Source: Camelus ferus (lineage: Eukaryota). From it: a stretch of DNA of 64,000 nt. Numbering within the stretch: the first letter of the stretch is position 1; each line of letters opens with the position of its first letter. A program made the position numbers and the translations under genes. Shown in pieces: positions 48,831-62,459 of the stretch. Below the pieces are notes generated by a model that saw only the letters and a list, made by a program, of their open reading frames with translations, was not told the origin of the DNA and did no database searches. The stretch is from positions 13,020,001 through 13,084,000 of the forward strand of contig NC_045705.1 of assembly GCF_009834535.1 (NCBI RefSeq). Reading direction: 5' to 3'.

Positions 48831-49509
48831 TTGCTCCTACCCTGAATATATCACATTTCTTTTTTTTTTCTGCCGGTAAACAAAGAGAAAGGTAAAATTT
48901 TTGCAAATTTGCCAGAGCATTATATTGTAGCTTTGCAAGGGTTTGGGAGAAAACCACGCTCATTATGATTGGGGTCCTTCAAAACAGTGTTTTATCGTTG
49001 GCTCTAGAACAGAATAGAACCCAGTGGCCAGAGCCAAGCCTTCATGGATTCTCCTCCATTCATTATAAAGATACGCAGGGTTACCATTACTGATGTAGCA
49101 TGGCATAATGCGGAGAGAACGGGTACTAGGACCAGAAAGTATAAGACTGTTTTGTGTTGTTATCATTGCTAATATTCTCATCATTATTCTTAAAAAGTTT
49201 ATTGATAAAAAAATTGGGAAATGCAAAAAGAAGAAAGATTTAAAACTAAACACAAAGCTTCTAGAAATAACCCTGTAAACACCTTGACGTATATTGTTCC
49301 TGAAAAAGAGAAAGTCATTATTATACTTAAGGTTTTCACTTGTTTTCATCTTGAATTTCTAGAGGTACTTAGAGGTACTATGATTTTTTGGAAAGTTAAA
49401 TAGGCACTTAATTTGTCTCGAAGTTTACTGTCATGAAGGTAAAGTTAGCTAAAAATTTTGTGAATATATATAATGATTTCATTAGGATAAATTCTCAGCG
49501 GAAAAAGTT

Positions 49510-49790
49510 CTGATATATTAGATTATGTTGGGTTAACAGCAACTCAAAAACTCAGAGGCTTAAGACCATGGTTCATGACAGTGGGTCATCAGAGGTTGCA
49601 GGACTCTGCTGTGTCATCTTCACTCTGGGCCCAGGCCATCAGAGCTGTCATTATCTTAGGCACCGCGGGTTATTGAGGCAGTAAGGAGAGAACAGCAAAA
49701 CATGTGATGGATTTGAATCAACTCACATGGCCAAGACTGACTTCAAGGAGGCAGAAAACTAGAATCATCCCGTAGAGAGAAATCATTGCC
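49510..49790 (-). mobile_element. Old MLT1 (J/K/L-like) LTR fragment
   Basis: tatattagattatgttgggttaacagcaactcaaaaactcagaggcttaa...ttcactctgggcccagg. Confidence 0.6.
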
Positions 49791-50025
49791 AAGTGGCCGT
49801 TCAGAGTGGTTTTACCAGTTTATATTTCCACCCTAACATAGGCAAGTGGTGATTTCCATACAGCTTTGCTTTTTAAAGGAAGAATCCATTTCATAATCAC
49901 CTATATAGTATCAAATGTCTAGCTCGGTATAATAATAAAAATAATAATATGATCTATAACAACATTATACACTGAAGACTAACGTATGGAAGAATAATCA
50001 GAGCATTGCAGTCAAGAAAATTCTG

Positions 50026-50445
50026 GTCCCCTAGTGGTTACCATGCTAAGCGGAATAAGTCAAATAGAGAAAGACAAATACTATATGATTTTACATGTAT
50101 ATGGAATCTAAAAAAAAAGTGAACAAGCATAACAAAACAGAAACAGACTCACAGATACAGAAAACAAGTGGTTGTCAGAAGGGAGGAAGATGTGGGGAGG
50201 TGGGGAAGGGTATTAAGAGGTAAAAATATTTCAGTAATAAAATATAAAAATAAGTCACAAGGATTTGATGTAGAGAATAGGGAACACAGTCAATAATATT
50301 GCATTGACTTTGTGTGGTGACAGATGGTAACTAGACTTACCATGGTGATCATTTTGTAATATATAAAAAATAGTAAATCACTATGTTGCACACCTGGAAC
50401 TGAAATAGTTGTAAGTCAATGACACTTCAATTTAAAAAAACAGAA
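50026..50445 (+). mobile_element. 5'-truncated L1 (L1MA-type) with 12-bp TSD, inserted into a MIR
   Basis: L1 3' UTR ending gtaagtcaatgacacttcaatttaaaaaaa. TSD aagaaaattctg at 50014-50025 and 50446-50457. MIR sequence lies on both sides (~49990-50620). Confidence 0.88.
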
Positions 50446-51019
50446 AAGAAAATTCTGATCTTGTATACTAGTCATAATTTATCTAACTGTTAAAAGATTA
50501 TAATGCCTATTCTGCAGGACTATTATAAGGATTTAATGAAACAAATTATGTAGGCTATGTAAAAGATATTGAAAACTATTTATCATTAATGGAAGTATGG
50601 TAGTCAGTAAATATTGAACAAATTCTGTCATTACCATTTGAAAACAACCATTAAACTTTGAAAATCGAAGTTCGAAGTTCCAGCATTTTAAGATTTATCT
50701 TTATCTTTTGTGGGTTTCTCTTTGACTTAAGGACTATTAAACATGCCTCCATAGCTTTGCTTAAAGTAGCATTTATTAAGCATTATAGCCAATATTTCTT
50801 TGAAGAACACAAAAATGATATTAACTGGAGACTTTTATCCATTAAATATATCACTTAATGAAAAGAGAACTATTGAATTCCTTCTGCATGATTTGTCCTT
50901 AGTCACTTTCCGCAGTAGTGCACAGGACACATTATTCATTGTAACTTTTATGACTTTTCCTTTCTTTTGCTATTTTGATAAGGGTTGGTGCAGATCACAG
51001 ATGTCAAAGATACAGAAGA

Positions 51020-51310
51020 AAAATGGAATCTGCTGACTTTTCTTAATCACTTATTAATTTATTCATGTATTCACCTCACAAATATCAAGCACTCATTATC
51101 TGCCAGGCTCTGCACTAAGTTTTCTAGATGCATTATCGTATGGAATTCTCCTAATAAATCCATGAAACAGGTATTATGGTTATTTTAATTTTTACAAAAT
51201 GTAACACTGAAATTTAATGTGACTTGTCTAAGACCACAGCAGAGAACTGGCAGACCCAAAGCTAAAACTGAGATCATATGCCTTCAGAAAGGGTACTTTT
51301 AATCATCACG
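51020..51310 (-). mobile_element. L2 3' end followed by MIR
   Basis: attcatgtattcacctcacaaatatcaagcactcattatctgccagg, then aaatttaatgtgacttgtctaagaccacagc. Confidence 0.7.
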
Positions 51311-52563
51311 CTAGGTTACACCGAGGCAAAGACATTTTGGGAAAAAGAATAAACAGAATATTGTAAAAGCTACATGAACAAGGTGTGAGAAAGTTACATA
51401 TTATTCAAAGTTTTGACCTGGATAACCTGGAGAATGTGGGTTACTGACCTGAATTCACATCACTCAAGATAAATGTTTAATTTGGTGTATTTCTCAAGAT
51501 ATGATCAAGGCAACCATTGCATATACATTCAACCTACATTTGTGCTTAATATCTGAGTGAAAAATTAAATGATAGTTGCTTTTATTAGGTATTTTATACT
51601 GCTTTATGTGTCCATATTAATATAGACAAAAGCCCATGGAATGTACATGGAACTGACTATATAAACTCATGTACATGGAATTTACTTTACGTACTTGGAA
51701 TTTACTGCATAAACTCACTATTAACCCAATTTACAGATGCAACTTTATATCACAAAGTCAAAGTTCTTGGATGAAAATTTCAACCTATACAAAAACCAGG
51801 GTTGTATTTTCTTCCCTATTCTCTTTTTGAACTTGTACATTAAGGGCTTGGTATTTCTGGATTAAATAAATACATACCATTCTGCCACTGAGAACAGAAA
51901 GATAAATATTTTTCTCTATGACAGTAACATGATCATAATGTTGCATACTAAGGGTTGCCTTGGAAATCAATAGGTCACACAGTGTAATGTTTTTCAGAAA
52001 GAATGAATCAAGATTCTAAAACTAAAATCACTTTTTATGGCAGAGGCCTCCCTATATTTAATTGGTTTACCTTTAACAACTTGATGCACCAGGTTAAATC
52101 TCTCAGCTACCAAGGAAGTACATTTCCCAATTAATTTACCTCAGAGGGTTCGCCAGGAAGTCATTCTATTGTGAATATTTTTATGGCTATGGTGAGTGAT
52201 TAGGAACACCTGTTTCAAAAAATTTCCAGTTATACTTAATAGTGTAGAACATTAAGCCTTGGCTACCCATTCATTTCTGTGTCAGACTGGAGACAAATCT
52301 GTTTCCTAAGGAAGATTTGGACCTAATGCCTAGGTATTCGGGAGCAGCCTCTGTTTAGAACCATGCTGGCCAAATAGCCAAATGTGCTAGGTAGGGTCCT
52401 CAACTTTCCTCCTTGTATGCAAACCTTACCCTCTTCCAGGGTGATTAGAAATATATGGAATTTTTCTTAATCAGAAACCTAGATTTTCTGCATTCCAGGC
52501 CCTTACTAGAGAATATTACCTCAAAATAACTGCCATCCATCTCAGCATATACATATATATAGT

Positions 52564-52582
52564 AGATAATAAATAGATAGGC

Positions 52583-52630
<48 letters not shown>
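52564..52630. repeat. (AGAT)n tetranucleotide microsatellite, ~12 pure units
   Basis: Directly visible. Confidence 0.97.
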
Positions 52631-53616
52631 GGATGAAGGCTGTTTAAAAGTAATTTTTGGAAACAATGAGGAAGAGCATGAATATACATGCAAACATACA
52701 TGACATTGTGAAATATGGGTGAACTTCTAAGTTAGATATCTGAACTATTCTAAGCAGAAAAGTAAAATGATCAGAAATAAGTTTTTCAACCCAAAGAGAA
52801 TGGGTTGTAATGGAAAAATAGAAATGAATTAAGTGGTAACTGGAATGATCCAAATGGAAGTTGAGGAGAACCTCCGCGAGGGGGAGGAAGAGGGAAAGAT
52901 TGAATTGAAATATTTTCTGAGACAGAATCTCTGGGACTGGGTGATTGGCTATGAGAGCAGGAGGTGGAGGGAGACAGTCATGATGACTTGAGCCCCTGGG
53001 TGGATGGTAGTCAATTCTGAGGTGGAATATTGGAATAGAATAAAGGTATTGGTGAGAGGCAAAGATGCTGAAATCATCAGTTCATCTTTGACTATCTTGC
53101 ATATGAGTAAACATCCTTAAAAAAGAGGATGTACCTCAGTGTGAAACAAGGAGTAGAAGCTAGACCAGCGGAGAGATGAGCAGTAAGTGTGTTATCTCAT
53201 CCTCTGAGTAGGAGAGGCTGCCTGTGTCTGTGTGTCCATGTGTGTTTGTGATGCAACGGCCTGATAATCAGCACACCTAACGGAGGAGGAGGTTGCTTAT
53301 GGAGGTAAAGCAGGAAGCTATTTATATTTATATTGTGCTAGAAGTTTCAAAAGACCCTAAGTGAGTTCTTTCCTCTCTACCCCAGACTTCCCTTCCTTGC
53401 TGCCACCACTCTTGCTCAGGACCTCAAAGTCATAAAACTATATTCTTTAAAAGGGCCTTTAGAGGTTATTCCTTCCAACCTCTTCTATTTTATGATGAGA
53501 AATTGAGACTGAAAGAGGCTAAGTGGTATGGCCAAAGCACAGAATTAGACAGACAGGGAGCCAGGAAGAGCATCCTGATCTTATTTCTCCTTGCCACACT
53601 CTCTTAGACATCTGTA

Positions 53617-53825
53617 CAGACAGTCCCCGACTTAACGATGGTTCCACTTATGATTTTTCGACTATGTGATGGTGCAAAAGTGATATGCATTCTATAGAAA
53701 CTATGCTTTGAATTTTGAATTTTGATCCATTCCCAGGTTAGCCATATGCAATACGATATTCTCTCACCATGCTGGGCCGGGGTAGGGAGTCATAATTCCC
53801 AGTCAGCTGCACAATCACAACTGCA
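53617..53825 (-). mobile_element. MER47/Tigger5-type DNA transposon fragment
   Basis: TA followed by terminus cagacagtccccgacttaacgatggttccacttatgatttttcgac, then gaattttgaattttgatc. Confidence 0.75.
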
Positions 53826-54074
53826 AAACGGTCTTATCTCTTATTCCTTTAATCCAACCCAGCAGAATAATTTGCCATTCCCCCAATACACTCAGGAATT
53901 GATATCGCCAGTCCCTCATCTTCATCTGGCAAAACCTCGCTCAGCTTCCAAAATCTGTTCTAAAAACCAACTAACCCATGAAGACTTTCCTTATTCCCCT
54001 AAATTATGTTCCTCTCTGAGCATGTTTCCCCATTAGAGAAAGGGGATATTAATACAGCTTAAATAATAGTCCTT

Positions 54075-54245
54075 TATCACACGTGTCTTTTGCAAATACT
54101 TTCTCCCAGTCTGTAGCCCACCTTCTCATTCTCTTGACGTTGTCTTTTGTTGAACAAAAATTTTTTTGATATTAATGAAGTCCAACTTATCAGTTATTTC
54201 TTCCTTGGATTTTGCCTGTAGTGTTTCATCTGAATAGGCATGAAT
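54075..54245 (-). mobile_element. L1 ORF2 fragment
   Basis: ttttgcaaatactttctcccagtctgtagcccaccttctcattctcttgacgttgtcttttg. Confidence 0.8.
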
Positions 54246-54959
54246 GATTATATTTTCAAAGTCACCCAAAGATGTTTTCAAAAATAATTTTAGATTGAAA
54301 AGCTGAGAAAAAGATTTGTGTTGGGAAATTTCAAAACAAAATTTGGCCCATGAAAATCAGATTTAGTCTGTGCATTTCTTCCTCTTAGTCTTCCTGTCTT
54401 GATAAGTTCTTATGCAAGTTTTATAATCATGGAAAGTATTAATATTTCAAATCTTGGTTATTTGTAGACTAAGGAGAGGCAGGGAAATTAAATAATGGCA
54501 TTAGGCTCTCATTTTCCTTCTGCAGAATACATTCATCTTTAGGAAATACAATTATTCTCCTTCGTATTAGTTCTTTTCTTAACAAAAATTAATGAACCTA
54601 TAATTCAAAACCTTTTCCTTTGACTCTGAGAACAGCATGAAGACTCAAATAGCCTTTTGGTTTTCAGTCAGTAGTGTACAAAGGGAAAAAGATGGCATTT
54701 TAATAGGTCAAATCACATTAAAAACAAGTTCTAAGGAACTATGCACATTATTTGTGTAGAAATGCAATTGATCTTGACATATTAATCTAACAGACAGCTT
54801 CCTAAACTCTTATGAATTCTAATTGTTCAATGCAGTCTTTAGACCTACTTATAAAGTGAGCATTCATATTATTTGTGACTATTGACAAGTTTTTTCTTTC
54901 TTAATTTTAGTACTTCTATTTTTAAAAACTTATTACCACACTGTCTAAAGCAGTGATAG

Positions 54960-55190
54960 CAGACGAACTTATTTTATATGTGAATTTGAAAAGAAGATGT
55001 CTAACATTTTATTATTAAAAATGACCTTTGCCGAAAATGTATTCCTTTATCAGATTCAGGAAATCACCTTCTATTCCTAGTTTGCTAATAGCCTGCATCA
55101 TAAATGAACATTCAATTTTATCAAAGGCTTTTCCTTCATCTGTTGAGTAAGATCATGTATTATCCTTTGATCAGTTCATGTTGTGGGTTT
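54960..55190 (-). mobile_element. Old L1 ORF2 fragment
   Basis: ttcctttatcagattcaggaaatcaccttctattcctagtttgctaatag...tcaaaggcttttccttcatctgttgag. Confidence 0.7.
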
Positions 55191-55192
55191 CA

Positions 55193-55226
<34 letters not shown>
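55193..55226. repeat. (TG)n microsatellite
   Basis: Directly visible. Confidence 0.95.
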
Positions 55227-55227
<1 letters not shown>

Positions 55228-55384
55228 TCACATTTTTATATTTATATTGAAGTCTGTGTACGTTTTCTGTTGTTAACAGCTACTTTAACTCTTTTGGCTT
55301 ATCTTTGCTTAGTATAACTTGTACTAACCTTTGAATTTTAATCTTTTCATGCCCTTACTTTCTAGATGGGTTCCTAGTAGATAG

Positions 55385-56450
55385 AATATTCAGTAGTAAT
55401 TTATTGAATGTCCCCTGGAAGCCAGATCCTGGTTAGGTACTAGGGATACAGTGAAGAACAAGAGATATAAGTTCTCTGATCTCATGAAATGTACACTGAC
55501 ATGGGAGAAATAAATATGTACACAAATAGTAACAAAATTGATATAGATTGTGTCTGTACGTTGAGGTACAGAAACCCACTGCTAGGATAGAGGATAATAG
55601 ACGCAGACTACTTTAGATAATACGGGTAGGGAAGACAGCTAGGAGAAGGCAATGCTTAAGCTGAGACTTGAAGGGTGAGAAGGAGCCAGCCATGCGAGGA
55701 GCTAGGAAATCAAACATAACAGAGGGGAAAATGCACACAGACATCCTGTGCCAGGATGAACTTAGCATGCTCTGGGATCTGCAGAACAGGATTCTACCTG
55801 TGAACATTGTGAGCAAGGGATTGGAGAGACCAAAGAGGATACTGGAAAGAGAAAAAAGAGAGCACATGTCATAATAAAGAATATGTATTTAAGGACAACG
55901 GGAAAACATTAAAGGTTTTTTTTTTTTTTTTTTTTTTTGTTTTTTACAGAGGGGTTCACCATTTCTAATTTATGATTATAAAAGTTCGCAATGATTTCCA
56001 TGTAAAAAATGGATAGAGTCATGGTGGAGAGATGGGGAGAGGAAACAGACACTGGATAGGATGCTGCTGCCATGAGTGATGCTGGTGACTTGGAGTAAGT
56101 TGGGAAAGTGGACAGGTTTGGGATACATTTTGGATGCAAAACCACTAGAACCTGCAGGCATTTTGGATTTAGGGGGTGAGAGACCAGGAAGAGTTGGGCA
56201 TGTTTCTCATGATCATGTCTCATAGTGGTAATTTTAATTGAACTGAGGGAGTTACAGACTTGAAAAGAAAATGGAATATTTGTTTTGGGGTGTATTCATG
56301 TGTGACTTCTGGGGAATGGTTGTGGAAGTAAAGAGATCAGCTTTAGACACATTATCATTGAGATGTCTTTGAGATGTCCAAGTGAAAATGTCAACAAAAC
56401 ATGTATATATACAGCTTAGAGGAAGTAAATAGACAAGAGATACAAACTGG
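55385..56450 (-). mobile_element. Long L2 fragment with internal poly(T) expansion at ~55916-55945
   Basis: atttattgaatgtcccctggaagccagatcctggttaggtactagggatacagtgaag...ggaaagtggacaggtttgggatacattttgg. Confidence 0.85.
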
Positions 56451-56479
56451 GGAATTGCCATAATACAAAATAGCAGTAA

Positions 56480-56700
56480 AAAACATGGTTTTGAATCTTA
56501 ACTTCCTAAGTCTATCTGGCTTTGCGATTTCCTAGCTACACTACCTCGGGAAAGTTATTTAACCTATCTGTATTTCAGATTTGTCATCTATAAAATGATG
56601 ATAATGATGCTAGCAACCCCCTTACGTAAATTGGTTAATACATGTAAAGAGTTTAGAAAAATCTCTACTTGAATCAACTCTGAATAAATGTTAGCTCTTA
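56480..56700 (+). mobile_element. MIR SINE
   Basis: acctcgggaaagttatttaacctatctgtatttcagatttgtcatctataaaatgatgataat. Confidence 0.85.
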
Positions 56701-58539
56701 GCATCGTCATCATCAATAGCTCAACGGGTTAACTTTCTTGAGTAAATTTTTCTTCTTAATTAAAGTCTCGTGGAAATACTACTTTACTCAAAGATAATGA
56801 CTCTCTAATAATGAAGTTTAAGGAGAGGACAAACATTAGCAGGGAAATTATTATAGGAGAAATACTTTTGGAATCAGGATATTTTGTAGCCTTCAATCAG
56901 AATGTCAAGTCAATAACCTATGGCATCCTCTGTATGAGATCCACCCCGGAATCTTGCCCACCCAGTGCCAAGCATGTAGTAGGTGCTAACATAATGTTTG
57001 TGGACTGAATAATGTGAAAATATACTGATAATAGTCTGGATTTTGTAAATCCTATATTCCCTGGAGAGTTTTAGGAATTTATAGAGCACCATTGGCTCAC
57101 TGACAAGTTAAAAGGGTCTTTTGCCAAATTTCATACCAGGATTGTGTGTATTTCAGGCTGTTCTATTACATTTGCCAAACAGACTCCTTTCTCTGCTTCC
57201 AGTACAAATTCAAAATACACACACCAAAAAGAGCGCTTCATTACAATTTTTGGCCACCGAATGAAGTCATAATCCTCATCTGATTCAAACAATGGGATTT
57301 CTTTTCCATTAGCTAGTGGTCCTAGACGGTATAATCTCTCAGATTATAAATGTGCCATGTTTATGTGATAGCATTGTCAAATAGAAAGAAAAGGTGAGAC
57401 TCTGTAGTTGAACCACAGTCCCTGGGCTCACCATGCTGGTAATAAATATTGTGGTGCACTCTAGTGGTGGAAGAAGACAGCCTAGAAGATCTGGAGGTGT
57501 ACTCGGACGAGCCGTGGTCATTGTTACTTTGAAAAATGTGCCACCAATTATGGATTTCAAAACACAACTAAAGGAATTTTTTTATGGAAAAGGTGGAATA
57601 CACGTAAAAACCTTGTCCCTCTCTACCCAGAAAATACCCAGAGAAAAATAACTACATTTCTCTAATAGTAGAGCACCTTAGCTGAAATAGAAATATAATG
57701 TGTATTGCTGAAGATTTGTGATCATTCTATTTTTAACAAGAGTTCATTGTTGTCTTCTCCTGGTGCCAGTAAGAAGTATTTTTCCAAAGGAAAAAAAGTA
57801 CTTTTCAATAAATGCTGTCAGGAATAAGAGTATGCACATGTGAATAAAACAAAAATAGACATAAATGTAAATTATGTATTTGCATATACATTGATAAATG
57901 TTCCTTCTAGACTTTTCTGTAGTTGCTTCCTACCTTTCTATCATACCTCTGGCTTTTTCTCCCCAGTACTAAGTTCTAAATTCCCAGGTCTCTGATTATT
58001 CATTTCTTGGTATGGTTCTCAAAAGCTTCCTTTGGGAGCCTTTTGTATTTCCTTGCCACTGTTAGTCTTCTTTCTGGTAATTTGCATTTCCATCAATTGT
58101 AAATTTCTGGAAGACCATGCTGTTCCTGATCATCCCTGCTACTGCCGCAACACTCATCACAATGCCAGGAATATAATGGGCATTTGGAAGTACCTGACGA
58201 GGGAGCAAATTCATGATCATTCTGATCTGCTGTCTCTGAGACTCATCATAATGATGGATTGTATTCTAAGTCTGCACCCTGTGAAGTCCTGGCTCAGCCC
58301 CAAAAGCTAGATAGGAGGGAACATGGACCTCTTCAGAGCTCTTGTCTCCTTGAGAACACAAGAAGGGCTGATTTCACACTCATTTTCTTCCTTCCTAGGA
58401 AGCAGCATGATCTTCTTACTTGGGATACCCTAAGGGGGAGGGGAAATTTTACTCAGAAAATGCAGTGTCCAAATTACCTTACCAAACTGTAGTTATTTCC
58501 CCCCATCTTTATATTGTACTGTCTATAAGAGCATCAATA

Positions 58540-58830
58540 TAAGCCTCCCACACTTAACGGGCAGTGAGTTGTGCCCCATCTCCTTGAGGGAATTATATCT
58601 ACATAACCTAATTGAAACTCTTCTGCACAGGAGATTTGTCTATTCTTATTTATTTATTCAACTGTGTATTTACATCCATGAGGATTCATGATCATTGATT
58701 TCACACTTCGGGTCATAATTCAATCCTATACTATTTATTTGTTGCTCTGATAGTTCCTGGTGTAGCCATTGAGAGTCTTTTCAGTGGGTCCCTGTGCCCC
58801 TTTGACATAGACCACCATTTTGTTTATTTG
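58540..58830 (-). mobile_element. L1MC-type 3' UTR fragment
   Basis: gagttgtgccccatctccttgaggga...cttctgcacaggagatttgtctattc...agccattgagagtcttttcagtgggtccctgtgcccctttgacat. Confidence 0.75.
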
Positions 58831-58839
58831 AACAATAGA

Positions 58840-59200
58840 GAGAATTTGATACTTATTCTAACCATAGTGGAAGCCATTGGAGAGTTTTGGACAGAAAGTG
58901 GCATAGTCTCATTGACATTTTACAAGGACGCCTGTGGCCACAATGTGGAAAATAAACTACACTGTGGCAAGTATAGGAGGGAGCTATAAAATAGCTCTTA
59001 CCCTACTGTGGGTGAGAGGTGATGGCGGCTTGGACAACAAGGGTCAACAGTAGAGAGAAAGAGTAGGATCTGGGATATAATTTGTAGGTTGAGTTACAGT
59101 ATTTCCTGACGAACTGGATGTGGCACATGAAAGAGAGAAGTGGCAGGGGTGATTCTAAGGCTTTTGTTCTGAGCCATTGGATACCTGGTGATAGAGTTTA
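58840..59200 (-). mobile_element. L2 fragment
   Basis: ggaagccattgggagagttttggacagaaagtggcatagtctcattgacattttacaagg. Confidence 0.75.
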
Positions 59201-59899
59201 CTCCGGTGAACGCTGGAGAGGGAGCATTTGGAGGACTCTAAATACAGCATAAAATACACGGCACAGCCACACCAAATCAGACTTTACTTAAAAGAGCAGT
59301 TGCCTTGGAAAACTTGTTTTGACTGATTTTTATGAGAAAATCAGCAGCAGAATTCAAACACAGGCTCCTGGGCCAAGAGAGGCAGATGGTAGCTGTTCCT
59401 CGGGCTCTGATTTTAAAGGAAGAGTTTCCATTTAGTTTTCTGAATAGAGTTTCCAATATCTTACTTTATAAATGTTTCTCTCAGATTGTGAATCTGGGCT
59501 TGTTTTGTCTGTGTGTATTCAACTCTCACAGCCCTGGGTGAAGTTAGCCATTTGGGAATCAGAGAGCTCACCCTGAAAAACAAATCAAGGCAACCCTAAA
59601 AAAAAAAGATAAAATTACTCCTCCAAGAAGTAAGAATATTGAAAATGAGACTTGATTTTGAGACTTGGGTTTTGGATTAAGAGAATATATAAATTTTCTG
59701 AAAGAGTTTATGAGTCAATCTTTTTAGCCAAGAGATACTTGCTATAAGTCTGTTGTGTGCTAAATCTGCTTGTGGTGTAAGGGGAAGAGGCGAAGCTGTC
59801 TGATCACCCAGGGGATTAGAGATACTGTGCAGAAAGAATCTCGCCTGGAGCCTGGCGCAATGGATATCCAGTCAATGGGATGTAACATTATACTATTGA

Positions 59900-60060
59900 T
59901 CATGTACTTTTACCTCTTTGGACCCATTGTATGTACCGCTTTCTCCGTCTGGAAGACACTTCCATCCCTTCTCTGCCTTGTAAATTCCACTTCGTTCAAG
60001 GTGCTATTCTAAATGTCACCTCCTCCAGGAAACCTTCCGTTCTCTCTCCACTACTCATTC
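59900..60060 (+). mobile_element. L2 fragment
   Basis: ttcaaggtgctattctaaatgtcacctcctccaggaaaccttcc. Confidence 0.75.
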
Positions 60061-60419
60061 TGAAGCGCTTGGTTGGTTCATGTTCCAGCCAGCAATGTTT
60101 TCCAAACTTGATTTTTTTCCTAAAAATCCATACACTTATACCATTATTAATTATATAATTTGCATTATATTGTCTGACAATTTTGACTTAATTCAACTTC
60201 GTCTTATGCAATACTTGTAAAATTAAATCAAATGTTCAAGGTGCTTACTGTTTTATTCAACACATGAAAAATAAATATATACTATTAACATAAAAGCAAT
60301 GGTTTGGGCTTCAAACATGATCAAAAATCATTTCTCATACCACCAATGGAATGTATCCCATGCTTTGAAAACCATTGGATTATGTATTTATTATTATGAA
60401 TTAATGGATTGTTTTAAAT

Positions 60420-60925
60420 GCTCCCTCTATCCACACCTTTCACTTAGGAAATTCCATAGGGTTCCTCCGGTGTGGACAGGGTGTCAGTCCCTACCCTCAT
60501 GCTTGGCCACGTGACTAGATTTTGCTGAAGGATGTGCATGTGAAGGATGACAGGCCAGGATTAAAGTGATTGGGTGAGGTACCTAGGGTGCAAAATTTAA
60601 GAGAATAGTCACTCTCAGGGGTGTGTCTCAGGCCCTTAAAACACTATTGGGCTTCTCTCTTGCATTTCTTCCAACACAATGAAACGTACCAACTGGTTCC
60701 AGAAAAAATATGAGAGACAGGAGGAGCAGACCTGCCCCACCCTAGATGCCTGATTCAAGCTTAGCCTCTGGTCCGGCCCCCAGGCAACTAACAAGAGCAT
60801 GAGTGAGCCAGTCAAGATCAGCCAACCCTCATCCAACTTCCAACAGACCCACGGACCCATGAGCTATAATAGTAAATAATTGTGGGTTTTAGTCACTGAG
60901 ATTTTGGGGTGTTTGTAACGTATAA
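60420..60925 (+). mobile_element. MLT1G/H-like MaLR solo LTR
   Basis: ttggccacgtgactagattttgc...gagccagtcaagatcagcc...ttagtcactgagattttggggtgtttgtaac. Confidence 0.65.
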
Positions 60926-61271
60926 ATTAAAATGTATGTGTTTTCAATTCTGGATTTTGAATCCATCATGGGAAAGGACTATTTTAAATCTGTTCCTAGT
61001 TCCTAGTACTCAGGAGATGCTAGCAAAACAATGATTAAATAATGAGTGATACTGTTAACATGTCTGGGATTGTCAATAAAAGCCATACAAACTCCTACAC
61101 CAACGTAATTACATCTGCTGTTCCCTCTCCCTGTAAGATTTCCCTCAACATCCACACAGCTCCCTCTCTCACCTCCTTCAGTTTTTGCTGAAATACTATT
61201 TCATCAGAGGCCTTCCCTGTGATAGGCACTCTATCAAAACTGTCACCACCCAGCACCTGTCATCACTCTGC

Positions 61272-61458
61272 CTGTGTTTCTAATGCTGGGATACAGGGAC
61301 CCCCTCCAGAGGGCTTCTGGATAGGGGACTGTCAATCCTTTGAAATTCTGTACAAACTTGTAAATGTGGTACAAATGTTTATTTTTCTTGGGGGGAAATT
61401 CCATAGCTTTCAAAAATTTTAACAGCATCAGTGACCCAAAAGAGGTTAAGAACCACTG
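61272..61458. mobile_element. hAT-Charlie-type non-autonomous DNA transposon
   Basis: Ends gtgacccaaaagaggttaagaaccactg (Charlie-type terminus), with internal ccatagctttca. Confidence 0.7.
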
Positions 61459-61899
61459 TGGGTTTACTGAGTTTTGTTTTCACTCCGAGTCCTATCACCT
61501 CCTCACATATTTTTTATTTGCTTTTATTATCCCTTTCTCTGCAGACTGGAAGATCTATCGTTGCATGGTTATTATACTAGTTGGTTTGTTCTTACGCTAA
61601 ATTTTGGTGATTCAACTCCATAATTAATCATTACAAAATTGGATAACCCTTGTGATAAACCTACAGCCCAGCAGAAGTCATTCCACCTGGGAGATGCTTA
61701 TAACTTTCCTCTGTCAGGATAATGGAGCATCTTCCTACACAGTCTGCATCCCAAGCATAAAGAAATCTTACAAAACAAACATCTTTCTTGGTCTTCATAA
61801 ACAATCCACTCTGAAAATTGCCTTTTATTCGAACAAAAGCATTGTATTTGTCACCATCAAAAATGTGCTGTGATTCAGACAGACTCCTGTTTGATTGTC

Positions 61900-62260
61900 A
61901 GCTCTCCATGATTGAAGTGTAGGGTCTGGAGGAAGTGGTTTGATTTCAGTCCTGGCTCTGTTAACTGACTTGTGGTTAAAGCTTACTTACTTCCGTTAAG
62001 GTACTTACTATTTGTCTCAGGTCCTCTTCTGAAAAGTTAGAAGAATAATAGTATTTGCATCATAGAGCTTTCCTGACTATTAAGTGACTCAGTGGCTAAA
62101 AGGTGATTAGACAGTTTATTGCATGCAATAAGCATTCAGTAACGTGCACTCTAATGCTAGCTGTGTTACCTTCAGTAAGTTTCTTAGCCTCTCTTAGTTT
62201 GGCACAGGAAGGAATATAATAGTAACTGCCACGTACCTCTCAGGGTTGAACGAGATTATT
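61900..62260 (+). mobile_element. MIR fragments
   Basis: cagtcctggctctgttaactgacttgtgg...gtgttaccttcagtaagtttcttagcctctct. Confidence 0.65.
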
Positions 62261-62459
62261 GTGCGTCTGTTTCTATCTTGGGTCACCACCAGAGATTCTG
62301 CTATTATTACACTCACCCCCGTGTCTGACCACAGTGTCTAAGGTAAAGGAGAAGCTCCTTTAATGGTCCATGAGTGTTGTTATCCAACTTCTTTCACATA
62401 TTGTTTGGTACCAGGACAGCCATGAATCACGTGGTAACAGGTTTTGTTTTTGGAGAATC

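Noticed and set aside
48963-49349. 128-aa minus-strand ORF in largely unique sequence
   Set aside because: Its N-terminal half is AT-rich, low-complexity Phe/Ile, there is no recognisable domain, and no convincing flanking splice pair.
32511-51797. V(D)J recombination signal sequences (ACAAAAACC at 32541 and 51789; scattered CACAGTG)
   Set aside because: No heptamer lies at 12- or 23-bp spacing from these nonamers, and there are no V, D or J coding segments.
57343-57393. 51-nt plus-strand exon (ctctcag| ... aag|gtgaga) as a coding exon
   Set aside because: Stops occur in all three frames. It could only be non-coding, and there is no independent support.
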